Numbered from the stretch's first letter, positions 41,582 to 56,419 are shown. The stretch: 64,000 bases of DNA from Eledone cirrhosa (GCA_964016885.1 OZ024743.1:228408001-228472000), one strand, 5' to 3'. Notes: generated by a model from the letters alone, not told the origin. Program-made: numbers and translations.

Positions 41582-42585
41582 TGTATGTATGTGCATAAAT
41601 GATAATAGTGTTAGTATTTAATTTGTCAGTGGTATTAGTGCTGATGTAATAGTAGTAGTAGTGGTGATCGTAGTGGTGGTGGTGGCGGTCATTTGAAACT
41701 GATATTGCAGACATCAGTCAATTTGAGTACAGCTTGCCAGTGTACAGCAATAGAAATAGCAAGGTTTTCCCTGTAAACTACATGGTAGGTTATTCTGGTC
41801 CAGTTAACCAACAAGCAATTTAACACTTTCATGACATGGACATGCACATATACATTAACACATACATGTACGCACACACACAAATCACAGAGAGAGAGGA
41901 ACATTGTGTTTATATATATATATATATATACATGTACGTGTGTCTGTATATGCATACATATACACTGTACACATGCATGTATATATTATTTATGTGTGTG
42001 CATGTGTGTATGCTTGTTTCCTTCTTTGAATATGTTCTCTAACCCTTATACCATATGTTTATGTTCTCTTTGTGTTATATTATGATAATATGCATATGTG
42101 TGCATCACTATATGCAAATTCACCCTTAGTATAATCACATACACATAAATAAAGTAAAAGTTACCACCAGACTATATGTCTTGCAAGCAGAGTTGGGTTG
42201 TTGTTGGTGGTGGAAGGCTGGAAGGACATTTAAGTTTGATGAATGGTGGGAACAAAGTCATTATCAGGAAAAGGAAGAATCACCATGGCAACAACCATAA
42301 GCAAAATAGCCAGAGAGCGAAGAATATCACTGTTGTTGCAACAGAAAATAGCTGGAAGAGCCAAGAATATATATTGCTGCAATAGAATATAGCCAGAAGA
42401 GCCGGATATGACACAAAATACAGAAAAGAACTAAGAATTTTAAGATTGCTGCCTGACAGAATAATTATCAGAACCAATAATATGAGGCTTAGGGTAACAC
42501 AGAATATTCAGAAGAGTCAAGGATATCAGTCAAGAATACCAGTGTCATACAAAATAGTCAAAAGACCGAATAATATTAGGGTTGT

Positions 42586-43000
42586 TCATCATCATCATCC
42601 TCAACATTATTTAACGTCTATTTTCTACAATAGCATGCGATAGACGGGTTGTCCCATTTGGGGAGAGTCAGGTTAATTGACTCTCTTGCTCATACAGAAC
42701 TGTTTCTGGTTTGGTTTCTCTGACTGAATGCTCTACCTAATGCCAACCATATTTACAGTGTGTGCTGGGTCTATTTACTGTGATGCCTACATAACTACTT
42801 TACAGTGTCGACTGAGTGCCTTTTATTATGGCACCAAAATGACCACTTTACAGTGTGGGTTGGGTGCCTTTTAACATGGCACCAAATTGACCACTTTACA
42901 GTGTGGGCTGGTTGCTTTTTTGTTGGAATACCAACACAGCCACTTTAGAGTGTGAACTGGCAGCTTTTTGTCATGGTACCAAAACTACCACTTTACAGCA
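42586..43000 (-). mobile_element. Family C SINE/LINE tail with ~41-bp internal tandem units (ACCACTTTACAGTGTGGGYTGGGTGCCTTTT...)
   Basis: (CAT)n-TTTAACGTC tail at 42586-42620; CACTTTACAGTG-like motif repeated ~6 times. Confidence 0.65.
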
Positions 43001-43304
43001 ATATTATGAAATAGTATGAATGATTTCTTGGTCAATTTCTTTTAGCTTTTGAAGACTTAAACTCTCCTGAAGAGTATATCAGATTCTTCAATAATTAGAG
43101 GTTCCAATAAGAATTCTTCCTCATATGAAACCATGGTAGGGAGATCTATATATAAGCAAGTTTGGATAGAATATTGTTTTGACTATCTTGTTTATACTCC
43201 CATAAATAGAGGTTTTTCTCACTTTGTTTTAAAATATGATATTGCTTCTCTAAGAGATTCCTATCATTGAGATGTTTAAGTATTAGAGACTAATTAACCT
43301 TTAA

Positions 43305-43520
43305 CCCTTTAGCATTCACATTACTCTATATATACTATTATATTTTCATTGTAAAGGCTTTACCTCACATAATATCTCACATATCGAATGTATGAGATTT
43401 TGAAAGTATTTATTTTGACAACAATACCTTAACATCAGTTTGAGTGACCAGTTACGGCCAGTTTCAACAGAAAGAGGTAGAGAATTCTGGCTGGTTTTGG
43501 CCGGTTTGAACATTAAAGGG
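43305..43520 (-). mobile_element. piggyBac-like MITE, family 2
   Basis: TTAA|CCCTTTAGCATT ... AACATTAAAGGG|TTAA; body is the reverse complement of 25410-25630. Confidence 0.85.
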
Positions 43521-43930
43521 TTAATATATATATATGAAAATTTAATTACAAGTTTTCGCCATATTTCTTGACTCTAGAAAATAGTCTAATAGCAGATCAT
43601 CATCATCATCATCATTCGTCGACTACTGTCGAGATGATGGATCTCACTCTCATGCCCCAGAATTCCCTGCTCCCAGGTCCTGTCTACTGATTCCCGTATC
43701 CCTAGAGATAACGTCAGGGAATGACAGCTTCCTACTCCTAGGAGTAGCAGATCATATTAGCCTGCTGAACAGTAAAAATAATGGCCATTTTTCCGTTTCC
43801 ATGAGCTTGTATGCCTATTTTCTGTAGGAAAAGATTCTAAGTCAATTTTCAAATGCTGCTCCCATCTTCCAAACACACATGCTATATATATATATATGTG
43901 TTGTATTTTTTTCTTCATATTTTTGTCTGA

Positions 43931-44014
43931 GCACCCGATGAAAGGCCAATTTTGAAGAGGCTCCTCCACTATACAGTGGTGGCCATAACTGGACTCCGAA
44001 ACCTAAGGTTGTGC
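43931..44014 (+). ncRNA. Degenerate hammerhead ribozyme with long stem II
   Basis: GCAC CCGAUGA AAGGCCAAUU...AACUGGACUCC GAAA CCUAAGG UU GUGC. Stem I is GCAC/GUGC, U4 is changed to C, and stem II is imperfect. Confidence 0.4.
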
Positions 44015-44070
44015 ATACATGTTAATTATATGAAACTTTGTTTATATATAAATATATATATATATATATA

Positions 44071-44340
44071 CAATGATATTAAATAATTGGAAACTATATT
44101 TATAAAACCAAGACAACATTGGTACGCTTTCATCAGGTATGATTTTCATGGATATGTCTCTATTTATAAAACAAACTTTGTATTTTATCTGATGAAAGCG
44201 AACCAATGTTGTTTTGGTTTTATAAATATAGTTTCCATTTATTTAATATCATTGAATATTTACTCCAGTAATCTGTTGAGTGCTCTAAATCAGTTATATT
44301 TGTCGGATTTCCAACAAATTAAATACCACTTCTACTTATG
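44071..44340 (+). mobile_element. Fold-back mini-element in (TA)n: 66-bp arms (44071-44136 and 44189-44254), with CTGATGA at the inner end of each arm
   Basis: Three mismatches between arms, 52-nt loop, TA tracts on both sides. Confidence 0.75.
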
Positions 44341-44351
44341 TATATATATAT

Positions 44352-44435
44352 AACCTTTCCAAACAGTGAGTGTGTTCTGTTATTATTTCTGGAATAATAT
44401 TATTACAACAATATGACCCTCCCCAAGTATAACAA
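44352..44435 (-). mobile_element. Short copy of the TTGTTATACTTGGGGAGGGTCAT module
   Basis: Matches 19501-19574; both ends lie in TA tracts. Confidence 0.65.
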
Positions 44436-44452
44436 TATATATATACATATAC

Positions 44453-44510
<58 letters not shown>

Positions 44511-47388
44511 AATGATGATGATAATAATAATAATAATAATAATAACAATAATAATAATAATAGTAATAAGGCATTCTAACGTTTTTCTACTATTGGTACA
44601 AGGTACTTATTTAACTGGTACTTTATTTAATGACACAGAAAGGATGAAAAGCAAAGTGGACTTTGGTAGGATTTGAACTGAAAATCCAGAAACCTAGAAG
44701 AAACACCCAATGCTCTAGTGACTCTGCAATAATAATGATAATAATAACAATAACAACAATGACGATAATAATAATATAATAGTTGATTAAAAGATAAAAA
44801 AGGGAAGTTGAAATGCTAAAGCAATATCAAGACAAAACAAGAGAATATAGTAAGATAGACTCTGATTTCATAGAATTAAAGATATTTAGAAGAAAAATAT
44901 ATGAATGTTAAAATAATGATCAAGAAACTTCATATTTTCCCATTAAAGAATTTGGAATGTTAAGTAAAGTTGAAAATTATAAGTTTGGAACAATTAAGAA
45001 AATGTTTTGTCTGTTTTTATTTTGTTTTTTTCTTAAAAAATTCTTTTTTGCTTTCTTTTCATGTAGTTTCTCTTCTTCCTGTGTGATGTTATTTATTTTT
45101 TTAAAATTATATTTCCAAATTATGTTTTATGTCTTTAATTTTAATTATTATAATTTTATGTTTTTTTTTATCTCCTATATGACCTGAATATCTGGTTTTA
45201 GTTTTCACTGTCGTTTTCTAATCATCATCATCACCATCACTTCTTTCCTTGTCAATTCTTCATATCATTTAAATAATCCTTATATATTGTGTTAAAATAT
45301 TTTTTTTTATTTTCATAGAGAAAATCTCCAGAAATTATAGCTATGCAAGAGGTTTATTCATGCATGCATGCATGTGTTTGTGCATGCTGTGTGTGTGGTA
45401 AGATTGTTGAAAAATTGCTTTCCTATTGAAGAAAATTAAAATTCTTACATTTAAAGGAGGAAAAAACCATTTATTCATTGAAATTCAGTTTTGTTTTAAA
45501 TGGAATCATAAATTGTATTTGTGAATTAAATCTAGTTGTATAATATTAATTGTTATAGTGATAAGAGGTGGGGAGAAAGACATTATAAAGAGCAAGAGAG
45601 AAAGAAAGATAGAGAGAGATGACAGAAGAGAAAGGGAGATATAGATGAGAGGAGAGAGAGAGAGAGAGAATGAGATAATGAAAGAGAGACATTATTGTAT
45701 TGTTGCAGTAATGCACTAGGGTCGATTTAATCGACATTCCCTTCCCCACAAAATTGCTGGCCTTGCACTTAAATCAGAAATCATTATTAAATTGTTGCAA
45801 CATCACCACCAGCCATGAGCTGGAACCAAGTTAAAATAACACCACAATATTGTCAGCAAATGAAGTTGAGCCTCCATCAATTCCAATGGCATGCGTTCAA
45901 GTGGTTTGTTCAATGGAACAGTCTGCTCATTAGATTTATGTGCAAGTGTCTAAGCATTCCAACAGTCATAAGGTGATTCAGAATATCAATGTGTTACAAG
46001 GCGTGTACTTTGAATTTTATGTGCAACTCATTTTGCCCATTATTGTGGACTAGAGCAACATGAAATAAAGTATCAACTTGCTTAAGGACACAATATACAG
46101 CCAAGAAACAAATTATTTGACTTACAATTATGTGTTAAATACCCTGAACCACTAGACAATTATATTGCAGTTATATATTGTTTCTAAACAAAGAACAAAG
46201 TTACTTTTATAAGAGTATCTAGTAATAAATCATATATAATAGCTTAGCACCGAGCAAACTTGAATAAATACTTGTGAAAATTCACATGCAATATTTAAAA
46301 TCTTCAGTCACTAATCATTTGAACAAAGCATGCAAAAAGAAGACAGATGAAAAGATAAATAAGTCAGCCAAGAGTTGAACTTAAAGCTATAACAGTCATA
46401 ACTAAGATGAAATTGGAAAAGAAAATTTATTTCAGTAAAAAACAAACAAAAAATAAAAACAAAAATAATTTCTTTTGAAAATTTGAAATGAATCTGTGTA
46501 TTCTATTTAAAATTAGAAGTGACAGAATTTATTTTGGACCTGTCAAGAAAGTAGTTTGAAAGACATACAGTATTTATTTTCTCTTTTTACTTTTTCTGAA
46601 GAATAATTCAATTGTAAAGAATCTAAAGGCTTCTTTGTTCTTCCAATTAAATTAAGAGAAAATTTTTGAAGTACGTATGACAATTTAGTTAATCTCAGAC
46701 CGGTTTTAAACACTTAAATCAGCCTACTGTATATATTATACTGCTCATACCATCTACACCAATTCTCCATCTTTCGTGGTTTGCTGAAGTCTTTGTACAC
46801 ACCTTATGGGGTTTAAATAGTGTTTGCTTGTCACAAGTACGAAGTTATAAACATTGAGAGTTGAGAGAGAGAAGGGTTGTTGGCTGAAGTGATTTGAAAA
46901 GTAACATGTTTAGGTGTGTGTGTGTGTGTGTGTGTAAAATAGATGAAGAAGACAAAGGGTTGCAAGAGAGACAGTTCTTTATGCAACCAAAATGATACTG
47001 CTAAGCAATATCATGAAGCATTTAATCTCATGTACATTCTCTCTTCAAATTAATTATACATTGTAGGCTTAATGGAATGGCGGCTTTTTGTTTGCACTTC
47101 CTGCAAGACGCTTTGCAAGTGTGAAGCTTTTGTTTGAGGCAAAAAAAAAAAAAAAAAAAAAAAAAGGAAATGTAATGAAAAGATAAAAAAGGAAAGAAAG
47201 GGCGGGAAGAGGAAAGATGAATAATAAACTTGACAGCTTTACCATTGCAGATGTAAATATACAAGGTTTCCAATTGTAAACACCTCTCCATGAGAGAAGC
47301 AGCCGAAAACTTACACCATGTTGACTTCTTTTAATCTCTTTTTTTTAATCTCCTCCAGTTCTAAACCTGTTCTCAGCAACAACATATG

Positions 47389-47653
47389 AACCACCAACAA
47401 CATCACCACTACCAATAACACTACAAACAAGAACATCACAACCACCAACAACATCACCACTACCAATAACACTACAAACAAGAACATCACAACCACCAAC
47501 AACATCACCACTACCAATAACACTACAAACAAGAACATCACAACCACCAACAACATCACCACTACCAATAACACTACAAACAAGAACATCACAACCACCA
47601 ACAACATCACCACTACCAATAACACTACAAACAAGAACATCACAACCACCAAC
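47389..47653. repeat. Perfect 51-bp minisatellite, ~5.2 copies
   Basis: AACCACCAACAACATCACCACTACCAATAACACTACAAACAAGAACATCAC starts at 47389, 47440, 47491, 47542 and 47593. Confidence 0.95.
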
Positions 47654-50600
47654 GTCACTCTCTTTCTCTCTCTTTCTTTCTATCCTTACTACAATTTGTG
47701 TAACCATTGGCAATTGTTGGTTTGGATCTTTTTAAACAACCAAAAAGTTGCAGAAAGTATACACACATATGTATATACACATACGCACACATATATATAA
47801 CATATACATATATAAATATATACATGTACATATATATATACTTATATACATACATATATTATTTGAGATTTGTTTCATTAGAGAGTGCTTTCTATGGCTG
47901 GAAGTACGTCCCATTAAATACAATTAGATTACTGCCTGTAATAAAATTAACAATGTAGGTAGTATTGAACAGTTTAACGAAGCAAATAGATCTAAACGCA
48001 AGGGGACAAATATACCGAAAGAAAACAAATGGCTAACAACAAGTATAAACCAAATAGGTCTTTGTATAACAAGATATGTAAACAAGAGTAATTCTTTTCT
48101 TCCCAGAAAGATGTCATTTGTCACATATATGCATGGCTCAGTAATAAGAATGTTGGACTCGTGAACATATAGGTGCAGGTTTTTGCCTTGCAGCCACAAG
48201 ATTTTTGGTTTGGTCAGGCTGCATAACACTTTGAGAAAGTGTCTTCTGCTATAGCTTCAGACTGACCAATGCCTTGTTAGAGGAATTTGTTAGAAGTAAA
48301 CTATAAAGATCACCATATATATATATATATATGCATATATGTGTGTGTGTTCGTTTTATGTTTACAGTGTGAGGGAGGGTCTGTGTTTATATCCCACAAT
48401 TTAGTGGTTCAACAAAAATGGGATCAATAAAATAATTACCAGACTTGAAAACTTAATTAATGGAGTCAATGTGTTCAACTAAATTATGGTAGTGCCCCAA
48501 CATGGCTGCAGTCACATAACTGAAACCAATACAAGAATATCAGAATTAGGTCATAGGTTTGATTCCTGGACTGAGGTGTGGTACACTATATCCTTGAGCA
48601 ACATGTTTCACATTGTTTTTCATGAAAGAACTATGACTGCTATCATTAAAACACCCATGAAACTTTCTAAGCTTTTACAAGGCCAGCTAAATTTGCATGG
48701 GTGTGAACTGTAAATTTCTTCTTTTTTGTTTCACAAATCAATAGCCTAATGGGAGAAAACATACAAATCGAATCTAAGAGTTCCTTATTTCAAGTGCAAA
48801 TATCATCCTCTACCCTTACTTTATTATGATTTTATCTGTAAAAAAGGAAAGTGAATATGTGACCATAGCAAGTCCTCCAAGACTATTCAGATTAATAGAG
48901 TTGACTTCAGTAGCAAAGCATTAGTGGGAAGAATTGGAAATAGTGATCAGTGCAAAGCCTGTGGTGTGGGGCAGTATAGGTGGGCCTAGATAGAAGTTGT
49001 ATGAAACTAACTTATTTGAATAACAGAGGCCATCATAGTAGTAGTATAATCGGCAGAACATAGAAATAGCATGTCTGTGAGTTTCAGCATTGAAGACCCT
49101 GCCTCAATATGTTCCATTTTGTGGAAGGGTTTCTATAATTGGATGCCTTTTCTAATGCCAACCGTTTTACAGAGTGCACTGGGTGCATTTTCCCATGGCA
49201 CCATCACTAGAGTGGTTGTCATGTCCTTGATGTGGCAGAAGAGACTTTTCAACAGTTTAGGATGAGATTCTCCAGCTGGAACCCATCCCTAACACCAGCC
49301 ACTTTACAGAGTGCACGGGATGCATTTTATCATTGAACCAGTGCTAGAAATGTTTTTCATGTCCTAGACAGAATGATGGGTCTAGATGGTGACTGTTAAT
49401 AAGAAATTTAATGAATAACAACATGAGTGGTGTGAGAAGGAAATAATTGAACTATAAGGGGAAGGGGTTTAATGACCAGAGGTAGGTGGCTTAGTAGAAA
49501 GAGAGCTATAGTTTGTGAAGTAAGATGATAGTCAAAGTAGGAAATAGGTAAATAGATATATGGGTGCTGGTGTGGTAGGGATAAGAGTAATGTGGATGGT
49601 GAAAGGATTGAGTTAGTTATAGTCAGGCCAGGTGCCACACCCTACTACATTGCAACCATGCATAGAAAATTAATGTCCCACCTTGTTATATGAGAGCAAT
49701 ATGTAAATTACAATAGAGGGTGAATGGGTGTTGTGGATGGGGCACATAGCTTATTAGGGACATATTCAGAGCCTTGCTGATACCAGTGGGTAGTGAGAAT
49801 GTCTCCTCTAACACAACATACCTTATCTATCAATCTATCTACCTACCTACTTATCCATCTATCTACCCACCTACCTATCTATCTCTCCACCTACCTACAT
49901 ATCCAGCTATCTATCTGCCTACCTACCTATCTATAAATCTAACTATCTACCTACTTACCTATCTATCCATCTATCTATCCCCCTACTGCAAACAATTTTA
50001 TGTAAGACCCTTGCTGTCACATCTTGTAATGTCCCATTTCTTGTGTGCCCTTGTGGCAAATAAAGAAACATATCTATCCCCCCTACCGATCCATCCCCCT
50101 ACATACATATCCACCTATCTATCTATCTATCCATTCCACCCAAGATAATGTTGGGCTGAGAGTAAAAAGTTGGTCTTGTGACGGTTTGTTCGTCAATAAG
50201 ATGATTGCAGGATAAGAAATTCTTTTAAAATATGCTATTGTACAACCAACAAGTGAAGGACAAACAACATCATTAAATTATACTGATTATAATGCTGTTG
50301 TTCTAAACTGTTTGATTATGATGTGGGTGATAATGATATTTGAGATGTAAATATAAATTTCTTTTCAATCTTAAACCAATGTTAGCAGGGAGATAATACC
50401 ACGAAGGCATGGTGATGGTGAAGATGACCAAGGAATTGCTGATGGGGGTGGGGGAGTGGTAATGATAATGATAGTGATAGTGGTGATGTTAATGATTGGT
50501 GATTTTGAGACAATGCTTTTTAGTGTCATGAAAATTATCCTTATACACTCCTGGGAGGCTAAGATTAAAATAATTTCAACAAGTCGTTGGATAAACAGAG

Positions 50601-50700
50601 TAAGCAATCAATTCTGCAATGCCAAGAACAAACTTAAGAGTAACAAGAAGAACAAGAGTAACATTAATAACATTAAGCAAGTAAAACTTCAGAGTAACAA

Positions 50701-50733
<33 letters not shown>

Positions 50734-51154
50734 CATGAACAAAAATAAAGATAATACACAAATTAGCAATCAATCAATATTTACTATTTTCCCCTTTCCC
50801 ACTAATCCAAAGTTATTTTCATTAGAAAAATAAAAGTTTAGCACCTTTGGTTCCAAGTCTTTGGACTTGGTTGAAATTTGAGATGCTCCAACTCTACCAA
50901 AGCAACCCACACTCCTAGAATTGCTAAATTAACAGAAAAAAAAATGACTGCCAAACAAGAAAAAAAAAATTGAAAATCTAAAACAGAAAAAAAATGTGTG
51001 AGTGTGGGGGTGGTGGAAAGAGAAATTAATTATTGACAGTGTTGTTGTGGTTGGTGTTATTAAAATAACCTATTTCCTAAAAAAAGAAATATACAAAAAA
51101 ATTATATATGTATGTATGTATATATATATATATATACTTGTGTGTGTCTGTATA

Positions 51155-51191
<37 letters not shown>

Positions 51192-51988
51192 TCTCTCTCT
51201 CTCTTACACACACACATATATATGTATATACATACACAAACATATATACAAAAAAATTAAAAGACCCACTCCATAAAGAGTTGATCTGAGCTAAAGCTAT
51301 GAAGGAAGGAGTGGTGTGGGATTTCTCCAGCTGTAAGCCCCTATTGTGGCTGGATGGTGGGGATGTGGGATAAGCCAGCCAATATAGTATTACACAGAGA
51401 ATAAAACCTAATTACTAGTGTAAACAGAAGACAAGTAAAAGCAAGCAGTGGACTTAATATCTCTTGGTCCAGTCACTAACCAGGCAAATGAAACACTATA
51501 TAGCAAAAGAAGCAAGCATCAACGACGCCATAACACAACCAGAGGGACCTCCCTTCTCGTTAACACCCATCATACAACATACACTACATACAGTACACTC
51601 AGTCCTCCTATGTCCTCCACAATAAACTTGCGTGTATGTGTGTGAGTGATTAAATGTGCATAAGTACGTGATTGTGTGTGTGTGTTTGTGTATATATATA
51701 TATACACAAACACACACACACAATCACATATATATATGTGTATGTATGTGTGTGTTTGTATATATGTATATGTATATATGCATGTGCATATGTATATATG
51801 TATATATATACAAACATATATGTATATTCATGCATACATATATACATATGCACATACATATATATATATATATACACAAACACACACATACATACACATA
51901 TATACACATACATACTTACACATATATACTTCATATATGTGTGTGTGCGTACACACTTGCACACACACACAAACGCGCCCATACACAC

Positions 51989-52020
<32 letters not shown>

Positions 52021-52130
52021 GTATGTATGTATGAATACACTGTGTATGTTCTGTTTGTTTATATATACGTTTCTGTTCATGAATGTATACATGCATGCAT
52101 GCACATACGTGCATATACTGACTGGCATTC

Positions 52131-52189
<59 letters not shown>

Positions 52190-53589
52190 TACCTATGTAT
52201 AGTGATCCTATATATATTCCTCTGTGTGTATCTACATGTGAAAGAGGGGAGGATGAAGAAGAAACACGAGGTGTTTGGGTAGTGAGTTGGAAAGAAAGTG
52301 TGAGAATATGAATGTTTTAGTGTGTGTATATGTATGTGTATGTATATATGAGTATGTTTATGAGTACATATGTGTAAAAGGAGTGGACTTCAAACTCTTC
52401 GAAGCAAGCAAAATGGAAAAAATTAGAAGTAAAAGTATAATAAAATGTTAGACAAATATGATATGGGTATCCACAGTTTACATTCATTACTGATTCTTGT
52501 TAGTTCTATTATTATTTCTTATTTTGTTTTATAAATCTTTTCTGTATTGATTGTTGTTGTTGTTATTGGTGAAATCTCATCTCTTCCAACACCATCATCT
52601 ACACCACCCAGACGACCACTAACATCAAATTCCAGCACCACCAATCCCACCAAAAGCAGTACTACCACCACTGCCACCAAGATCACCGTGTCTAAGAATA
52701 CCACCAGCACCAATACCAACACCATTGCCATCAAGACAACTGACACTCAGACTACCACCACTACCACCTCCATCGCCAATACAACCACCACCATCACCAT
52801 GTTAACAACATGCAACATGACCACCACCACCACCAACAACATGACCACCATCAACACCCACCTCCACCACCACCACCACCAACAACAACAACATGACCAC
52901 CATCGACACCAGCTCCAGCACCACCATCACTACACCAATACCAAGAACACAAGCTAAACAACCACCACCAACATTATATAGACATCTCTAAAAGGTTAAT
53001 TAAAAAATGAGGTAAAGAAGGTGTGTGTGTAAGAAGGAGTAGTGGGACTGAGTTGTCTCAGGAGAAACAAACACAAGTGTGTTAGGATAGGGGTGGTAAA
53101 AATCCATTCCATTAAATACACACACTCCCTCTAAGATGGGACAACATTTTTGTGTTTCTAGAAAAAAAGATTATAAAAATGAAAGGCTGGTTGTAATGTT
53201 TCAATGTATGATTGTATCTAAGCTCAAATCCATGAACATGAGTGAGTGTGTGTGTATATGTGCATGAATGCCTGTGTGCATATATGTGTGTCTGCCAGTG
53301 TGTATGTGTATATGCTTTTGTGTTTAAGTGTGTGTGTGTGTCTGCCTGTGTGCATATATATATGTGTGGAATATTTATGATCATCATAATTTTAATATTC
53401 TTAGATTTTCTGCATTGTCAGGATTTAGAGAAGCTGCTAGGTCGAATGTACTCATGTTTTCTCAAATCATTTCAAGTTCCAGGTCTTTCTTGGTTACATT
53501 ACTTACTATGGGCATCTTTACCTCACTTAATATAGGAGGGGAAAAATAGCTGAACAAAGTTTAAGTTGTGTCAACCTTTTTCATACTAA

Positions 53590-54202
53590 CCTTCCATGAC
53601 AGTTGCTGAATCTATGATAAAAAAAAAAATCCTGTTCCAAAGACCTTATATCTAAAATAAATCCTCCCTTCATAACTTCATCATCTTCATTATCTTTGTC
53701 CATTTATTACTGGGAGAGTCATTGGGTAGTGTCTTCAAGCATGCCTTCCAACAGGTCCTGCCAGACCTACTGTTCTGCTACAGAAAAGGTCACAGATGGA
53801 GACTAGTGCTATGACCATGAGATATGATGGTTCGATGCAATACAAGTGGGCTCCAGCCTGATGAATAAGCAGCCCCATACCAACAGTAGTAAACTACTAG
53901 TTGAGATGGAATAATGGGTGACGTTAGCTCCCAAGAAAACTCTCTCAACCCAGTGATGTAACTACAAAAATGTTAGTCTTTGCAGGCCTAAGAAAAGTAC
54001 CAAATTGATGACTGATGTGAACTAAAATGCATTCTGAGATCATAATTTTAAACAACAATTTTTGTCCTTTTTTTCAAAATAAGATCTAAATAATTGTTTT
54101 ACAATATCTCACTGAATTAATTTCAAAATAATTAAATATTCAAAATAATTAAATATTCAAAATGTGTATAGATTATTTCAAGAGAAATATGGTCATGAAG
54201 GG
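53590..54202. mobile_element. Possible piggyBac-like non-autonomous element
   Basis: CTAA|CCTTCCATGAC ... GTCATGAAGGG|TTAA. Confidence 0.4.
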
Positions 54203-54207
54203 TTAAA

Positions 54208-54813
54208 TATATGATCATTGAGTGGAGACGAATTTTGTGTTTAAAAGCAAAATGAAAAGTGTGTATGTGATTGTGTGTATTAGATGAAAAAGTTGCATAA
54301 CTCTGTCAATATATATGAGAGAGTGAGCCACATGTAGTTTCTAGTTGTGTGCAATGTGTGAATGTATAAACCTAATTGACATTTAATTAAAAACTAATCA
54401 CAGAGGTACTTCAGAAGGTTTTGAAGACTTTCAAATACATGTGTGCCAAAATAACATAGATAAAATAAAAATCTAGTTTCCCTGGGGATGAGAGCTAGGA
54501 TGGAGTAATGAAAAAAAACATGCTTGGATACAGAATTCATTATCATCCTCAACTTAAAATAAGGGTAGATTTCATTTGATTATAAAAGTGTAATTTCAGT
54601 CCCTTCCTAGTTCAAGTAGTTTCTTGAAGAGAAGCAAAAAATGTTGTTTTTACTTTTGGTTGGCATTTACCTTTTACTTTTTTCATTTACATTGCTTTTA
54701 TTGTTGTTTTTTCAAATCTTCAATCCATAGGGAAGAAATTTATGAAAGGGATATCTTCAAAGATAATTTTAAACATTGCTCCTGATTATATATATATAAC
54801 CCATGCTGGTATG

Positions 54814-54909
<96 letters not shown>

Positions 54910-55711
54910 CGTGCGTGGGTGCGTGTGTGTGTGATGAAGCTCACCCAATACATACTTTGCTGAAACACAGTAGCCATGTTATAAGAATGTGAATAAATTT
55001 AATTATACAGCAATTTGTTTCAAGTATTGAGTCCTTTCTCACACCTGGACAATTAGGATCACTAGATAAGGATTATGTATATATCCTCATCAACATTTTA
55101 CATCAGCTTTCCATACTGTCATGGACTGGAAGGAATATATATATGATCTATGAATTGAGATAAGTGTTGGCTGTAAAATGCAAAATGAAATGTATGTGTT
55201 TGTGTGTGTTTGTGAATGTAAATAAGATGATGAATAACTCTGTGAGAGTGGGCCACATGTGGGTTATATCTGTGTAATGTGTGAATGTATAAAGCTAATT
55301 GGCATTTAATTAAAAACTAATCACAGAGGTACTTCAGAAAGTTTTGAACACTTTCAAATATTTGTGTGTCAAAATAACATAGATAAAATAAAAATCTAGT
55401 TTCCCAGGTGATGGGAGGTAGGATGGAGTAATGAAAACATGCTTGGATACAAAATTCATCATCATCATCAACTCAACATATTACATTATACATCAGGGTA
55501 GGTTTCATTTGATTATATAAGTGTAATTTCTATCCCTTCCTAGTTCAAGTAGTTTCTTGTGGAGGAGCAAGAAATGTTCTTTTCTTTAATTCTGGCAGCC
55601 ATATGTTTTTCTAAATTCTATTTTTGTTTTGTTGTCAATGTTGTTTTTAAAATCTCCAATATACAGGAAGGACATTTATGAAAGAAATCTACAAAGATAA
55701 TTTTAAACATT
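54208..55711 (+). repeat. Diverged local direct duplication, ~570 bp (54208-54777 and 55139-55711), separated by (GT)n and unique DNA
   Basis: Colinear shared blocks, e.g. CATTTAATTAAAAACTAATCACAGAGGTACTTCAGAA, AAAATAACATAGATAAAATAAAAATCTAGTTTCCC and TCCCTTCCTAGTTCAAGTAGTTTCTTG. Confidence 0.85.
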
Positions 55712-55988
55712 CTTCATACATCTCTCTCTCAATAAATAAATATATATATAATTATATATATATAGATAGATAGATCAATCAATAAAACAGAATTAGTCCT
55801 GTAAAAGACAACTTTCAATAAATCAAGTACTATCTTTACATGTTGTATTGAGAATCTTGATTTAAATGCGGTACTCTTCCATTATATAATGGAACACTAT
55901 TCTATTATATTCTTTTACTGGTTTCAGCCATTAGTCTGACGCCATGCTGGGGCATCAACTTATATATATATATGGCGCTACACAGTAA

Positions 55989-56396
55989 TACAGAAGACCC
56001 GCCTTGCCTAAGTACAAAGCGAATCCAGTAGGCACCTCTAACAAAAATACACCCCCCGTCCCACTACCCTCACCCCATCCACACCACCCCTTTCAATGTA
56101 AAGTTATGTTGGTACCACAACATCCAGGCCGAAACAAATGAGGTAATGTAGGTGTCATGACAAAAAAACACACAGTCCACGCTGTAATGTGACCGTGTAG
56201 GTAACACGGTAAAAACCTCCCAGTCCACACTGTAAACGTGGTTGGTGTTAGGAAGGGCATCCAGCCGTAGAAAACCCGCCAGACAGTCCTATACAAGCAA
56301 GTCAACCAATCTTGCCTCAAGTGAGAAAATTCCCGTCCAAACCCATGCAAGCGTGGAAGATGGACGTTAAATGATGATGATGATGATGATGATGAT
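55989..56396 (+). mobile_element. SINE/LINE 3' portion, family C, with (ATG)n tail
   Basis: Ends CCATGCAAGCGTGGAAGATGGACGTTAAATG(ATG)n; homologous to 26130-26532. Confidence 0.8.
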
Positions 56397-56419
56397 AAAC
56401 CTACACACATAAGAATAAG

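Noticed and set aside
40781-47653. CRISPR-like arrays (40-bp and 51-bp repeats)
   Set aside because: No unique spacers, no cas genes, and a eukaryotic context.
52547-52957. Thr/His-rich mucin-like ORF
   Set aside because: Decayed (ACC/AAC) microsatellite with no clear start or splice sites.
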